Assembly (NCBI GenBank): GCA_050950825.1
Contig: JBMNIH010000007.1
Span: forward strand, 224,001 to 288,000
From: Clostridia bacterium
Lineage (GTDB): Bacteria > Bacillota > Clostridia > JAAYHZ01
DNA length: 64,000 nucleotides
Reading direction: 5' to 3'
Below are positions 30,095-40,498 of the stretch, in pieces (position 1 is the first letter of the stretch; each line of letters begins with the position of its first letter). Position numbers and translations under genes: made by a program. The notes under the pieces were generated by a model. That model was given only the letters and a program-made list of their open reading frames with translations. It was not told the origin of the DNA and searched no databases.

Positions 30095-30796
30095 ATGAGT
30101 ATTTTCGCAATTTCGGACCTGCATTTATCCTTAGGAGCGGACAAGCCTATGGATATTTTTGGTCCTACATGGGAAGGATATACGGAGAAGATAAAGGAGA
30201 ATTGGGAAGCCCGAATCACGGACAGCGATACGGTCTTGATTCCGGGCGACATTTCTTGGGCTATGCGCATACAAGAAGCGGAAAAAGACTTTGTGTTTCT
30301 CGACCGTTTACCGGGACGTAAGATCGTTTCCAAGGGCAACCACGATTATTGGTGGAACAGCATGAAGAAAATCAAGGAGGCTTTTGATTCCTGGGGGGTT
30401 ACCACCATCGATATACTCCACAACAATTATTACGAGGCGGAAGGCTACGTAATATGCGGAACGAGAGGATGGAGGCACCCCGATAGCCCGGATGCCACGG
30501 AGCAGGATCGAAAGGTCTACGAAAGGGAATTGCACCGTTTGACCTTATCGTTGGAATCGGCAAAGCCGACAAACAAGCCGATCCTGTGCGGCTTGCATTA
30601 TCCGCCCTTTGGACCCTCCGGAGAGGATTCGGAATTTACCGAGCTTTTGGAAAAATACGGGGTAAAGATATGCATATACGGACATATCCACTACAATTTT
30701 GACGTGACGGGAATTGTTCGGGGGATGTATAACGGGATTCATTACCGGCTGGTATCGGCGGATTATTTGCAGTTCAAACCCTCTTTGGTGATATAG
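30095..30796 (+). CDS. Metallophosphoesterase
   Basis: SDLH, GDIS, GNHD, HYPP, GHIH. Confidence 0.9.
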   Translation: MSIFAISDLHLSLGADKPMDIFGPTWEGYTEKIKENWEARITDSDTVLIPGDISWAMRIQEAEKDFVFLDRLPGRKIVSKGNHDYWWNSMKKIKEAFDSWGVTTIDILHNNYYEAEGYVICGTRGWRHPDSPDATEQDRKVYERELHRLTLSLESAKPTNKPILCGLHYPPFGPSGEDSEFTELLEKYGVKICIYGHIHYNFDVTGIVRGMYNGIHYRLVSADYLQFKPSLVI

Positions 30797-30828
30797 GCGG
30801 GAGAAGACTCGGAAGAGGAAAAATGTTA

Positions 30829-30856
30829 TTGATTTTACTCTTGACTGTGGTATAAT
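30829..30856 (+). promoter_or_regulatory. SigA-type promoter of tig
   Basis: TTGATT-16 nt-TATAAT with an extended -10 TG. Confidence 0.6.
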
Positions 30857-30922
30857 ATACAAGTTAAAGTGGCGAAAAAGCTAATTAATCGTAATATTTT
30901 GTTATCGATCGGAGGACATGGA

Positions 30923-32338
30923 ATGAGCGTTAAGCTGGAAAAACCGGAAAAAAACGTAGTGGTACTTGAAATAGAAGTGGACAAAGAAGTATTTAAAGAT
31001 GCTTTAAGAAAATCTTACAATAAGAACAAACATAGATTTAACGTACCCGGGTTCCGAAAAGGAAAGGCTCCTATGGAAGCCATTAAGCGCCTGTACGGTG
31101 AAGGCGTATTTTACGAAGATGCGTTGGATATTGTAATCCCGGATGCATATGAAAAAGCGGTAAAGGAAACCAACATCGAGCCGGTAGAATCACCGAAAAT
31201 TAATTTTGACGAAATTCCGGAAGACGGAAACTTTATCTTTACGGCCCGCGTAACCGTGAAGCCGGAAGTTCATATAACCCAATACAAGGGTGTGGATGCT
31301 GAAAAAGTCGTATACAAGGTGGAAGACAAGGACATCGAAAGAGAATTGGACCGCGTTGTTAAGCGCTGTGCAAGAAAGGTTACGGTGGAAGGCCGTCCCG
31401 TACAAGATCAGGATACGGTGGATATTGACTACGAAGGATTTATCGACGGTGTTGCCTTCGAAGGCGGAAAAGCGGAAGGCTACAGCTTGGTAATCGGATC
31501 GAAAACCTTCATTCCGGGCTTTGAAGATCAAATCATCGGCAAAAATGCAGGTGACGAGTTCGAAGTGAACGTAAAATTCCCGGAAGATTATCATAACAAA
31601 GACGTTGCCGGAAAAGATGCGGTATTTAAAGTGAAGCTGAACTCCATTTCCACGCTTGAATATCCCGAGGTAGACGACGAGTTCGCAAAAGATGTCAGCG
31701 AATTTGACACCTTGGAAGAATACAAAGCGGACATTCGAAAGAATTTGGAAAAACAAGCGGAAGCACGCACAAAATCGGAAGTCGAGAATAATGTAATTGA
31801 GGCGGTATTAAAAAATACCGAGATTGACGTTCCCGAAGTGATGGTTGAAAATGCCGTCGACAATTACGTAGAGGACTACGAAAGAAACATCCAACAGCAA
31901 TATCCGGGAACGGGATTAAACTTGGAAAAAATCCTATCCTTCCAAGGCATGACCCTTGCCGACTTTCGAAATCATCAAAAAGAGCATGCGTTGAGAGAAA
32001 TTAAAGTAAACTTGATGCTGGAAAAAATCGTAGAGCTTGAGAATATAACGGTTGGTGACGATAAAGTAGAAGAAGAGCTGAAAAAATATGCGGAACAGTA
32101 CAAAATCGAATTGGAAAAGCTTAAGGAAAACATGAGACCGGAAAACATCGAATATATCCGCAACCAGCTGAAGATGCCTGCAGCCGTAGAGCTCCTCGTA
32201 AATTCCGCGAATCTTACGGTTGTAGAAAAACCGTTCTATGAAGAACATCATCATGACCATGACCACGACCACTGCGACGACGATACCTGCGACTGCGGTC
32301 ATGACCATGACGAAGAACACGAAGAAGGAAAAGAATAA
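30923..32338 (+). CDS. tig: Trigger factor with a His/Asp/Cys-rich C-terminal tail
   Basis: PGFRKGKAP signature and FKBP domain (FIPGFEDQ); ATG at 30923 after GGAGG. Confidence 0.96.
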   Translation: MSVKLEKPEKNVVVLEIEVDKEVFKDALRKSYNKNKHRFNVPGFRKGKAPMEAIKRLYGEGVFYEDALDIVIPDAYEKAVKETNIEPVESPKINFDEIPEDGNFIFTARVTVKPEVHITQYKGVDAEKVVYKVEDKDIERELDRVVKRCARKVTVEGRPVQDQDTVDIDYEGFIDGVAFEGGKAEGYSLVIGSKTFIPGFEDQIIGKNAGDEFEVNVKFPEDYHNKDVAGKDAVFKVKLNSISTLEYPEVDDEFAKDVSEFDTLEEYKADIRKNLEKQAEARTKSEVENNVIEAVLKNTEIDVPEVMVENAVDNYVEDYERNIQQQYPGTGLNLEKILSFQGMTLADFRNHQKEHALREIKVNLMLEKIVELENITVGDDKVEEELKKYAEQYKIELEKLKENMRPENIEYIRNQLKMPAAVELLVNSANLTVVEKPFYEEHHHDHDHDHCDDDTCDCGHDHDEEHEEGKE

Positions 32339-32507
32339 ATTTAAAAAATTATTGCCTAAAAAGAATATTCGATAAAAAACGGGTAATATTCAAAGACAGT
32401 GTATATAAAAAGGTTTATTGTACGTAGAATATAGGGAGCAGATGCCCTTCCTTTTATTTCAATAAACCTCGTTTTGAAAGAACGCTTGTAAGAAAGGAGA
32501 GATCAAT

Positions 32508-33101
32508 ATGGATATGAATTTGGTTCCGATAGTTGTGGAACAAACCAGCCGCGGGGAAAGATCGTACGACATTTTTTCCAGGCTGCTGAAGTCCCGAATT
32601 ATTGTATTAAGCGATCAAATCAACGACGTGACCGCCAGCTTGGTAGTCGCACAGCTCATATATTTGGAACATGAAGATCCGGATAGAGACATTACTTTAT
32701 ATATAAACAGTCCGGGAGGATCCATCACATCCGGTTTTGCCATCTACGACACGATGCAATATATTAAGCCGGATGTATCCACCATATGCATTGGTATGGC
32801 GGCCAGTATGGGAGCCTTCCTCTTGGCAGCGGGGACAAAAGGAAAACGCTTCGCTCTGCCCAACAGCGAAATTATGATTCATCAACCCTTAGGAGGTATC
32901 CAAGGTCAAGCAACGGACATTAAGATACATACCGAAAGGTTAATGAGGATGAAGGATACCCTCAATTCGATTTTAAGTAAAAATACGGGGCAGCCTTTGG
33001 AAAAGATCGAAAAAGATGTGGAGCGGGATTACTTTATGACCGCCCAAGAAGCATTGGAATACGGAATTATCGACAAGGTGATGACTCACCGCCAAGAATA
33101 G
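32508..33101 (+). CDS. clpP: Clp protease proteolytic subunit
   Basis: INSPGGS, GMAASMG, MIHQP. Confidence 0.97.
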   Translation: MDMNLVPIVVEQTSRGERSYDIFSRLLKSRIIVLSDQINDVTASLVVAQLIYLEHEDPDRDITLYINSPGGSITSGFAIYDTMQYIKPDVSTICIGMAASMGAFLLAAGTKGKRFALPNSEIMIHQPLGGIQGQATDIKIHTERLMRMKDTLNSILSKNTGQPLEKIEKDVERDYFMTAQEALEYGIIDKVMTHRQE

Positions 33102-33116
33102 GAATCGAGGTGAAAA

Positions 33117-34388
33117 ATGGCAAAGAACGACGATTTTAGACGTATGAAATGTTCCTTTTGCGGGAAAAACCAGGACGAAGTCCGAAAATTGATACAAGGC
33201 CCCGGTGTCTACATTTGCGATGAATGCATCGAATTGTGCAGCGAAATCATCGATGAAGACCCCGGTGATATAGATGACGATTTTGAAATAAATTTTGAAA
33301 AGGTTCCGAAACCGAAAGAAATTGTCGAAATTTTCGATAAGTACGTAATCGGCCAGGAGGAAGCGAAGAAGGCTTTGGCCGTGGCCGTATACAATCATTA
33401 CAAAAGAATTAACTCGGTACTCAACAACGACGAAGTGGAGCTTCAAAAAAGCAATATCATTATGATAGGTCCTACCGGAAGCGGTAAAACCTATCTGGCT
33501 CAAACGTTAGCCAAGATTTTGAACGTACCCTTTGCGATTGCCGACGCAACGTCTCTGACGGAAGCGGGATACGTAGGAGAAGACGTGGAAAACATTCTCT
33601 TACGCTTGATCCAAGCGGCGGACTACGACATTGAAAGAGCCGAGCGTGGAATTATCTACTTGGACGAAGTGGATAAGATTGCACGTAAATCGGATAATCC
33701 GTCCATCACAAGAGACGTCAGCGGCGAAGGCGTGCAGCAAGCTCTGTTGAAGATATTCGAAGGTACCATCGCATCGGTTCCTCCTTTGGGAGGACGAAAG
33801 CATCCCCAGCAGGAGTTCATACAAATTGACACCACCAACATTCTTTTCATCTGCGGCGGTGCTTTTGACGGTATCCATGAAATTATAAAGAACCGAATCG
33901 GAAAGGGGACCATGGGCTTTGGCGGCAGCTTGAAAAAATCCGCCGAAGACATCAATCTCCTTACGGACGTTACACCGCAGGATTTGTTAAAATACGGGCT
34001 GATTCCCGAATTCGTCGGCCGTCTGCCGGTGATCGTTGGCCTTCATGAATTGGATAAGGCAACGCTGATTCGCATTCTGACGGAACCGAAGAATTCTTTG
34101 GTGAAGCAGTACCAAGCTCTCTTTGATATGGATAACGTGAAGCTTGAAATCGAAGAAGACGCTTTGGAAGCCATTGCCGAAAAAGCCATTCAAAGAAAAT
34201 CCGGTGCCAGAGGGTTGAGAGCCATTATGGAGGAAACTCTTCGCGACATTATGTTCGAAATACCCTCTAGAAGCGACGTTGAAAAAGTGATCATAACGAA
34301 GCAAACCGTTGTGAGCAAGGACCCGCCCACATTGGTGCTAGGAAAAAAAGCGGCGAATAAGCCGGCCGTTAAAAAAGATATCGGATAA
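33117..34388 (+). CDS. clpX: Clp protease ATP-binding subunit
   Basis: CSFCG/ICDEC zinc finger, [18 protein letters not shown]. Confidence 0.97.
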   Translation: MAKNDDFRRMKCSFCGKNQDEVRKLIQGPGVYICDECIELCSEIIDEDPGDIDDDFEINFEKVPKPKEIVEIFDKYVIGQEEAKKALAVAVYNHYKRINSVLNNDEVELQKSNIIMIGPTGSGKTYLAQTLAKILNVPFAIADATSLTEAGYVGEDVENILLRLIQAADYDIERAERGIIYLDEVDKIARKSDNPSITRDVSGEGVQQALLKIFEGTIASVPPLGGRKHPQQEFIQIDTTNILFICGGAFDGIHEIIKNRIGKGTMGFGGSLKKSAEDINLLTDVTPQDLLKYGLIPEFVGRLPVIVGLHELDKATLIRILTEPKNSLVKQYQALFDMDNVKLEIEEDALEAIAEKAIQRKSGARGLRAIMEETLRDIMFEIPSRSDVEKVIITKQTVVSKDPPTLVLGKKAANKPAVKKDIG

Positions 34389-34404
34389 ATCCGGTATCTT
34401 TTTT
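34371..34404 (+). terminator. Terminator overlapping the clpX stop
   Basis: AAAAAAGATATCGGA...TCCGGTATCTTTTTT. Confidence 0.6.
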
Positions 34405-34463
34405 AAAGTTATTGCGTAAAATGTTAGGACAAGTACGGTTTTGTTTTCTTAGGGGGTAGTTTT

Positions 34464-35255
34464 GTGAGTGTTTTGGAAGGACTGCTTTTGGGAATTATAC
34501 AGGGGCTTACGGAGTTTTTGCCGGTAAGCAGCTCCGGGCATTTGGTTTTGTTTCAGAACATATTTGGCGTCGAAGGAAATACGTTTACCTTTGACCTCTG
34601 TGTTCATTTTGCCACGTTAGTTGCCGTATGCACCGTCTACCGGAAGGACATCTTGGCTTATGCAAGAAAGCCTTTTTCAAAGCCTGTGCTGCTGCTGGTA
34701 ACGGCAACCGTACCGGCCGTTATTGCCGCATTGCTATTGGAGGATTGGCTCAAGGGCTTTTTTGATACCGGCGGGTCGTTGGGAGTCGGGTTTTTGTTCA
34801 CCGCCTTTGTGCTTTTGGTCGTATCCAAAATCCCGAAAGGGAAAAAGAGCATCGAAGAGTCAAAGGGAATCGACGCATTTCTTATCGGCTGCGGCCAAGC
34901 CATCGCCCTTTTGCCGGGGGTATCTCGATCCGGTATGACCATATCCGCGTCGCTGTCGAGAGGACTTAAAAGAGAAGAAGCGTCGAAGTTTTCTTTTCTT
35001 TTATCCATACCGGTAATCTTGGGGGCCTTGGTTTTCGATATTTACGATTTGATCAAGGATCCTTCTTTGGCGGACGGTATCGCCTTCGCCCCGTTGGCCG
35101 TAGGCATGATTGCGGCCGGCTTTTGCGGTTATTTGGCGGTTCGATTTATGATCAAAGCGGTGAATCGAGGCAAGCTCAACTATTTTTCCTATTACCTGTT
35201 TGCTCTCGGTGCATTGGTTTTGGCGGATCAATTATTTATCGGAAAAATATTCTAA
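34464..35255 (+). CDS. uppP: Undecaprenyl-diphosphate phosphatase
   Basis: [21 protein letters not shown]. Confidence 0.95.
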   Translation: MSVLEGLLLGIIQGLTEFLPVSSSGHLVLFQNIFGVEGNTFTFDLCVHFATLVAVCTVYRKDILAYARKPFSKPVLLLVTATVPAVIAALLLEDWLKGFFDTGGSLGVGFLFTAFVLLVVSKIPKGKKSIEESKGIDAFLIGCGQAIALLPGVSRSGMTISASLSRGLKREEASKFSFLLSIPVILGALVFDIYDLIKDPSLADGIAFAPLAVGMIAAGFCGYLAVRFMIKAVNRGKLNYFSYYLFALGALVLADQLFIGKIF

Positions 35256-35271
35256 GAAAAAGGGAGTTATC

Positions 35272-36309
35272 TTGAAAGACATATATATTCTGGGCGTGGA
35301 AACCACTTGCGACGAGACCGCTTGCTCCATCGTTAAAAACGGAAGAGAGCTTTTGGCAAGCGTCATTTCGTCCCAAATCGATATTCATAAGCCTTACGGC
35401 GGTGTGGTGCCGGAGATTGCATCCCGAAAGCACGTGGAGAACATTATCCCGGTGCTGGACCAATGCCTTGCGAAAAGCAATACGGACCCGAAAGACATCG
35501 ACGGAGTTGCCGTATCCTACGGCCCCGGTTTGGTAGGGGCTCTTCTTACGGGAATCGCCGTAGCAAAAGCATTGGCCTGGTCTTGGGATGTTCCTTTATT
35601 GGGTGTCAACCATATTGAAGGCCACATTTTCGCCAACTTTTTAACCCACAAGGAGCTGGAACCGCCCTTTATTGCCTTGGTCGTGTCCGGAGGACACAGC
35701 CATATCGTCTTGATGAAGGACTATTTGCAATATGAAATCATAGGAAAGACAAGGGATGACGCTGCGGGAGAAGCCTTTGACAAGACGGCAAGGGTATTGG
35801 GCCTTGGGTATCCCGGGGGACCCGCCATTGACAAGGCGGCAAAGGACGGGGACGACCAGGCCTTTGATTTTCCGAAGACAAAATTCGACGACCGTCCTTA
35901 CGACTTTAGCTTCAGCGGGATTAAAACCGCCGTTATTAACCGGCTCAATACCATGAAGATGAAAGGGGAATCCTATCGGGTAGAAGACGTGGCGGCATCC
36001 TTCCAAAGAGCGGTTGTCGATGTTCTGGTTCGAAATACAATCGAAGCGGCAAAAGCCTGCGGCATGAAAACCGTATGTCTTGCCGGGGGCGTTTCGGCCA
36101 ACTCGTTATTAAGAAAATATATGAAGGAAGAAGGAGAAAAGGCGGGAATAAAGGTGTATTATCCCGAGCCTGTTTACTGTACCGATAACGGCGCCATGGT
36201 GGCTGCTACCGGGTACTATTATTACATCAACGGCGTTTATTCGGATTTAACGTTAAACGCCGCACCGAATTTGCGAATTGACCGGTTGGTCAAAGAAGCA
36301 AGCCTATGA
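35272..36309 (+). CDS. tsaD: t6A transferase TsaD
   Basis: [45 protein letters not shown]; TTG at 35272 after AGGGAG. Confidence 0.96.
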   Translation: MKDIYILGVETTCDETACSIVKNGRELLASVISSQIDIHKPYGGVVPEIASRKHVENIIPVLDQCLAKSNTDPKDIDGVAVSYGPGLVGALLTGIAVAKALAWSWDVPLLGVNHIEGHIFANFLTHKELEPPFIALVVSGGHSHIVLMKDYLQYEIIGKTRDDAAGEAFDKTARVLGLGYPGGPAIDKAAKDGDDQAFDFPKTKFDDRPYDFSFSGIKTAVINRLNTMKMKGESYRVEDVAASFQRAVVDVLVRNTIEAAKACGMKTVCLAGGVSANSLLRKYMKEEGEKAGIKVYYPEPVYCTDNGAMVAATGYYYYINGVYSDLTLNAAPNLRIDRLVKEASL

Positions 36310-36342
36310 TTGTTTGAGATTAAAAGGGAAGGGGAATAAAAA

Positions 36343-37185
36343 ATGGCGGACTGCAACAATTGCCCGAGCAAGAACAAGTGCTCAAGCCAACAAAAAGAAA
36401 ACTGCGGCAAAGAGGATTTTCGTTTTCCTCAAAATGCTTTGAGTGAAATTAAAAGAGTGATACCGGTCATAAGCGGCAAGGGGGGAGTAGGAAAATCCTC
36501 CATTACCTCCATGCTGGCGGTGTTAATGAGACGTAAAGGATACAAAACGGCCATCTTGGATGCCGATGTTACAGGTCCCTCCATTCCGAGGATGTTCGGA
36601 TTGAAATCGGGGGGCGTCCAAGGAGATAACAACGGCATGTATCCCGTAACCACCCATAACGACATCCGTGTCATGTCCGTGAATCTTTTGTTAAAGGAAG
36701 AAGACCAACCGGTGGTTTGGAGAGGCCCCGTCATTGCCGGAGCCATTAAACAGTTTTGGAGCGATGTCATATGGGAAGACATAGACTATATGTTTATCGA
36801 TATGCCTCCCGGAACCGGGGATGTTCCGCTGACGGTGTTCCAATCGCTGCCCGTTGACGGCGTGATTATAGCCACCTCGCCTCAAGAACTGGTATCCGTC
36901 ATTGTGAAAAAGGCCGTTCATATGGCCAACAAGATGAATATTGAAGTGGCGGGAATCGTGGAAAATATGAGCTACGTCCTGTGTCCGGACTGCGGAAAAA
37001 GAATCGATGTCTTCGGCAGCGGAAAGACGGAAGAAATCGCTTCCGCAATGGGTATTCCTTTTTTAGGAAAGGTGCCGATGGACCTGAACATAGCGAAGCT
37101 CAGCGACTTAGGAGAAATTGAAAAGTTTACGGGAGACTATTTGGATTTCTGCATTGAATATTTGGAAGAAAGGTTTCCGGTATGA
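36343..37185 (+). CDS. Mrp/NBP35 (ApbC) Fe-S cluster carrier ATPase
   Basis: N-terminal Cys cluster, GKGGVGKS, DMPPGTGD, ENMS..CPDC. Confidence 0.93.
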   Translation: MADCNNCPSKNKCSSQQKENCGKEDFRFPQNALSEIKRVIPVISGKGGVGKSSITSMLAVLMRRKGYKTAILDADVTGPSIPRMFGLKSGGVQGDNNGMYPVTTHNDIRVMSVNLLLKEEDQPVVWRGPVIAGAIKQFWSDVIWEDIDYMFIDMPPGTGDVPLTVFQSLPVDGVIIATSPQELVSVIVKKAVHMANKMNIEVAGIVENMSYVLCPDCGKRIDVFGSGKTEEIASAMGIPFLGKVPMDLNIAKLSDLGEIEKFTGDYLDFCIEYLEERFPV

Positions 37186-37601
37186 AAACCTTCGAGGAAA
37201 AAATAACGGTTCGGTATGCGGAAACGGACCAAATGGGCATTGTTCATCATTCTCATTACCCCGTTTGGTTTGAAGCGGCAAGAACCGGATTCATCAAAAG
37301 CTTAGGTATGTCCTATTCCGAAGTGGAAAAGAAGGGGCTTTTGCTCCCTTTGTCCGAGCTTTATGTAAAATACCGATCGGGAGCTTTATACGAGGACGAG
37401 TTGACCGTTTCCGTGCATATTGAAAAACTGACCGGAGCTCGGGTGACCTTCGGTTACCGTGTAACCCGAGATAAGGATTGCACATTAATAGCGGAAGGCT
37501 TTACCGTTCATGCTTTTACCGATTCCAACCTTTGCGTTGTAAATGTGATGAAGACGCACAAGGAAATATATGATATGCTGTATAGGGCATGGAAAGATTA
37601 A
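37182..37601 (+). CDS. YbgC-like acyl-CoA thioesterase
   Basis: VRYAETDQMGIVHH..Y..WFE.AR. Confidence 0.9.
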   Translation: MKTFEEKITVRYAETDQMGIVHHSHYPVWFEAARTGFIKSLGMSYSEVEKKGLLLPLSELYVKYRSGALYEDELTVSVHIEKLTGARVTFGYRVTRDKDCTLIAEGFTVHAFTDSNLCVVNVMKTHKEIYDMLYRAWKD

Positions 37602-37653
37602 AGAAGCTTTTTAAGGCATAAAAAGGGCCCTTTTTCGGGTAAGGAGAATTCAC

Positions 37654-38343
37654 ATGGCACAGGATAAGAGAAGGATGAAAATCAAGGTGACCAAAAACGG
37701 CCCCTACATTGTAACGGGCGGAGTGCCCCTTAAAGAAAAAATTATTGTTCCGAAGGGGAAGCATTATGTATTCGAGGAGGGACGTACCCTTCCTCAAAGG
37801 GAAACTTACGCTCTATGCCGATGCGGAAAAACGAAAACACCTCCTTTTTGCGACGGAACCCACGGGAAAATCGGTTTCGAAGGAAAGGAAACGGCTTCGA
37901 AAGCTCCGTACGATGAAAGAGCCGAATTGATCAAGGGGTCCGGCTTGAACCTCTTGGACGATTATCGGTGTGCGTTAGCAAGGTTTTGCCATCGAGACAA
38001 GGGAACCGCTTGGGAGCTGATTGAAAACTCCGAGGAGGAAGAGAATAAACAAGAAGCCATCCGTGCCGCCGTCGAGTGCCCGGCGGGAAGGATTACCGCC
38101 GTATATAAAAACGGCGAAAAAATCGAACCGGACCACGAACCCGAGGTTGTCATTTTGCAGGATCCTGAAATGGACGTAAGCTCCGGCATCTTTGTGAAAG
38201 GGTATATCCCCATTGAATCGGAAGACGGAACCCTTTACGAAACGAGGAACCGAGTGATGCTGTGTAGGTGCGGACATTCGAAAAACAAGCCTTTTTGCGA
38301 TGCAAGCCACATTGACGAAGAGTATTCGGACGAGGATACGTAG
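37654..38343 (+). CDS. CDGSH iron-sulfur domain protein (two CDGSH motifs and a central Cys domain)
   Basis: LCRCG..K.PPFCDGTH and LCRCG.S.NKPFCDASH. Confidence 0.9.
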   Translation: MAQDKRRMKIKVTKNGPYIVTGGVPLKEKIIVPKGKHYVFEEGRTLPQRETYALCRCGKTKTPPFCDGTHGKIGFEGKETASKAPYDERAELIKGSGLNLLDDYRCALARFCHRDKGTAWELIENSEEEENKQEAIRAAVECPAGRITAVYKNGEKIEPDHEPEVVILQDPEMDVSSGIFVKGYIPIESEDGTLYETRNRVMLCRCGHSKNKPFCDASHIDEEYSDEDT

Positions 38344-38370
38344 ATATGGAGTATTGCAAGTATTTTCATT

Positions 38371-38399
38371 TTGACAAAGTACGATAATTGTGATACACT
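38371..38399 (+). promoter_or_regulatory. SigA promoter with no downstream ORF (candidate sRNA promoter)
   Basis: TTGACA-17 nt-TACACT with an extended -10 TG. Confidence 0.65.
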
Positions 38400-38404
38400 T
38401 CCTC

Positions 38405-38508
38405 ACAGTTGTTGGTTTCTAAAACACTTTGCAAATATTTGCCAAGTGTTAACATCCTTTCTTTTTGTGTTTGTTTTGTAACGGGAGCGTTTATAACGCT
38501 CCCGTTTC
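38405..38508 (+). ncRNA. Candidate ~100 nt small RNA
   Basis: Lies between the promoter above and a 12 bp perfect hairpin (38480-38506); has an internal hairpin at 38423-38450 and a CU-rich unpaired stretch. Confidence 0.45.
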
Positions 38509-38556
38509 AAATGGAATTCTATTGAATCCAAACCGAAAAAAATTTTTAAAAATGTA

Positions 38557-38604
38557 TTGACATTCGGTTTACCATATGATACCATTCTAACGAACGTTAA
38601 ATAA
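38557..38604 (+). promoter_or_regulatory. Promoter and putative TetR operator
   Basis: TTGACA-17-TACCAT followed by CTAACGAACGTTAAATAA (38587-38604), which recurs identically at 39232-39249. Confidence 0.7.
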
Positions 38605-38617
38605 GAGGGCGGATGTT

Positions 38618-39178
38618 ATGGTAAATACGGATTTGAAAGAAAGAATCAAGGAAACGGCGGTTGATCATTTTAACAAAAACGGGTATTACGGAACCACCAT
38701 ACGCAATATTGCCAATGACGTTAACTGCTCCCTGCCGATGATTTACTATTACTATAAAAACAAAAAGGAGCTTTTTGATGAAATCATTAAAAAGGATTTT
38801 TTTGATATTTTAAATAAACAGGCATCGCAAGTAGAGCCGGGCAATATCGTTGATCTTTATACGCAGTTCATATACGGCTTAAATGATTTAAGCGATTACG
38901 ATAAACAAGTGTACCGGCTGGGAATCAAGGTATATCTGTCCTTTGACGGCGACGAGGAGCTAAAGAAGGTGATGGACGATTGGGAAAAGACCGTGTTCCC
39001 AAGGCACCTTCGGCTGTTAAAGCCGTATCTAACCGATGCGGATCACGAGGAAGCAATCGTTAGAACCTTGGTGCATTTGTTGGAAACCATGATTATAAAT
39101 ATCATCGTAAAAAACAGACATATGGCCGAGGAGGAGATTCGAGAAGAAATCGCCATCGTTTTGCGTAATTGTAAATAA
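38618..39178 (+). CDS. TetR/AcrR family regulator
   Basis: GYYGTTIRNIA.DV.CS...IYYYYKNKKEL HTH. Confidence 0.9.
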   Translation: MVNTDLKERIKETAVDHFNKNGYYGTTIRNIANDVNCSLPMIYYYYKNKKELFDEIIKKDFFDILNKQASQVEPGNIVDLYTQFIYGLNDLSDYDKQVYRLGIKVYLSFDGDEELKKVMDDWEKTVFPRHLRLLKPYLTDADHEEAIVRTLVHLLETMIINIIVKNRHMAEEEIREEIAIVLRNCK

Positions 39179-39231
39179 TTTTGCTTTATTAAAATCGGCA
39201 TCCCGGATGCCGATATATATTTAAACGAAGC

Positions 39232-39249
39232 CTAACGAACGTTAAATAA
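39232..39249. promoter_or_regulatory. Second copy of the putative TetR operator
   Basis: 18/18 identity to 38587-38604; near-palindromic core TAACGAACGTTA. Confidence 0.7.
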
Positions 39250-39275
39250 TAAAACGTTCCATAATAATATAAGGA

Positions 39276-39740
39276 GTGATCATGATGGAAATCGAAAAAA
39301 GAATGGCCGTTTTGCAAAACACCTATGCGGCCTCCGTTGCGGAAAACGCAAACATGTACGATAAGCTTCATGTTTTGGAGCTCGTTGTCGGGAAAAGAAA
39401 GGAAAGGCAAACACAGACGGCACCTTATCTCAATCAACAGCTGGGGATTCATTGCGCCGAAGATGTTTTCCGGATTCTTTCGGAAATATACGGGTGTGCA
39501 AATTGGTCCGTTGAGAAATCGGAGGAAGGTTTTCTTGCTACGGCAACCTCCTGCAAGCTTTGTGCGTTGTCTAAAAAAATGGGGGGAGCCAATCCCTGCT
39601 ACGGTTGGTGTCTTGACCCTATGATTGCCATGTTATCCGACGTATGTAAAATCGACGCTAACTCCATAGCCGTGGAAAGCACGTTGATGGATTCGGATAG
39701 CTGCAAGGTTTGCATAAAGCTCGGGACGACACCGGAATAA
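39276..39740 (+). CDS. Cys-rich V4R/ATC-hydrolase-like small protein
   Basis: CxxC...CxxxC...TLM....C pattern. Confidence 0.55.
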   Translation: MIMMEIEKRMAVLQNTYAASVAENANMYDKLHVLELVVGKRKERQTQTAPYLNQQLGIHCAEDVFRILSEIYGCANWSVEKSEEGFLATATSCKLCALSKKMGGANPCYGWCLDPMIAMLSDVCKIDANSIAVESTLMDSDSCKVCIKLGTTPE

Positions 39741-39766
39741 AGGAAGGAAAAGGAGGTACGGATATC

Positions 39767-40498
39767 ATGGAAAAGCGGAAACGTTACGGGACCTTGTTCG
39801 GTATCGCCGTTTTCTTCTTGTTGTTCCTTCTGCAGGTCCTCTCGGGGATGGCGGGATCTTTTGTCGCAGACCGGATTCCCTTTGAAAAAATCGATCCTTA
39901 TGACAGCTTTGCCCGTATTTCCATACACCATGCCGTAATTACGGCCATTTCCGTTATTGTGATTGTACTGATGAGAAAGCGATTAAAAATCGACTTTTAT
40001 ATTCAACTCGGTGACAAGGAGAAGGGAAAAAGATATCTGGGCATATTTTTGCTTGCTTTTGCGTTGATATCCGTTGCCGTACATATTTTTATGCGCATTT
40101 TTGATCGGCTGCCCGTATATTCGTTTCCTTTAGACAAAAGAAACGTTATCGGGACCTTGGGATTCCAATTGCTGTTAAGCGGACCTGCGGAAGAGCTCCT
40201 ATACCGAGCCTTGCCCGTATCCTTGTTGACGTACGCCTTTGGAAGAAGCATTCCGATCACAAAGAACATGACGTTGGAGGTTTTTTTGGCATCGCTTTTA
40301 TTCTCCTTTGCCCATACCCGGTGGTCTTTAAATCCGCCGGTATTTGAGATCGATTTCTTTAACGTTTTTTACGCTTTTATCCTCGGAAGCATACAAGGAA
40401 CGGTATACCAAAAAAGCAAAAGCATTGTATATCCCGTTCTTATGCACAGCTTCAGCAACGTTTTCATGGTCGGTATCGGTTATTTGTTTTCGGCCTGA
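39767..40498 (+). CDS. CPBP (CAAX/Abi) intramembrane metalloprotease
   Basis: EELLYR, FSFAH and HSFSN motifs; ATG at 39767 after AGGAGG. Confidence 0.88.
   Translation: MEKRKRYGTLFGIAVFFLLFLLQVLSGMAGSFVADRIPFEKIDPYDSFARISIHHAVITAISVIVIVLMRKRLKIDFYIQLGDKEKGKRYLGIFLLAFALISVAVHIFMRIFDRLPVYSFPLDKRNVIGTLGFQLLLSGPAEELLYRALPVSLLTYAFGRSIPITKNMTLEVFLASLLFSFAHTRWSLNPPVFEIDFFNVFYAFILGSIQGTVYQKSKSIVYPVLMHSFSNVFMVGIGYLFSA

Noticed and set aside
38403-38585. 60 aa minus-strand ORF as a type I toxin antisense to the candidate sRNA
   Set aside because: It is not hydrophobic, has no RBS at its start and crosses two plus-strand promoters.
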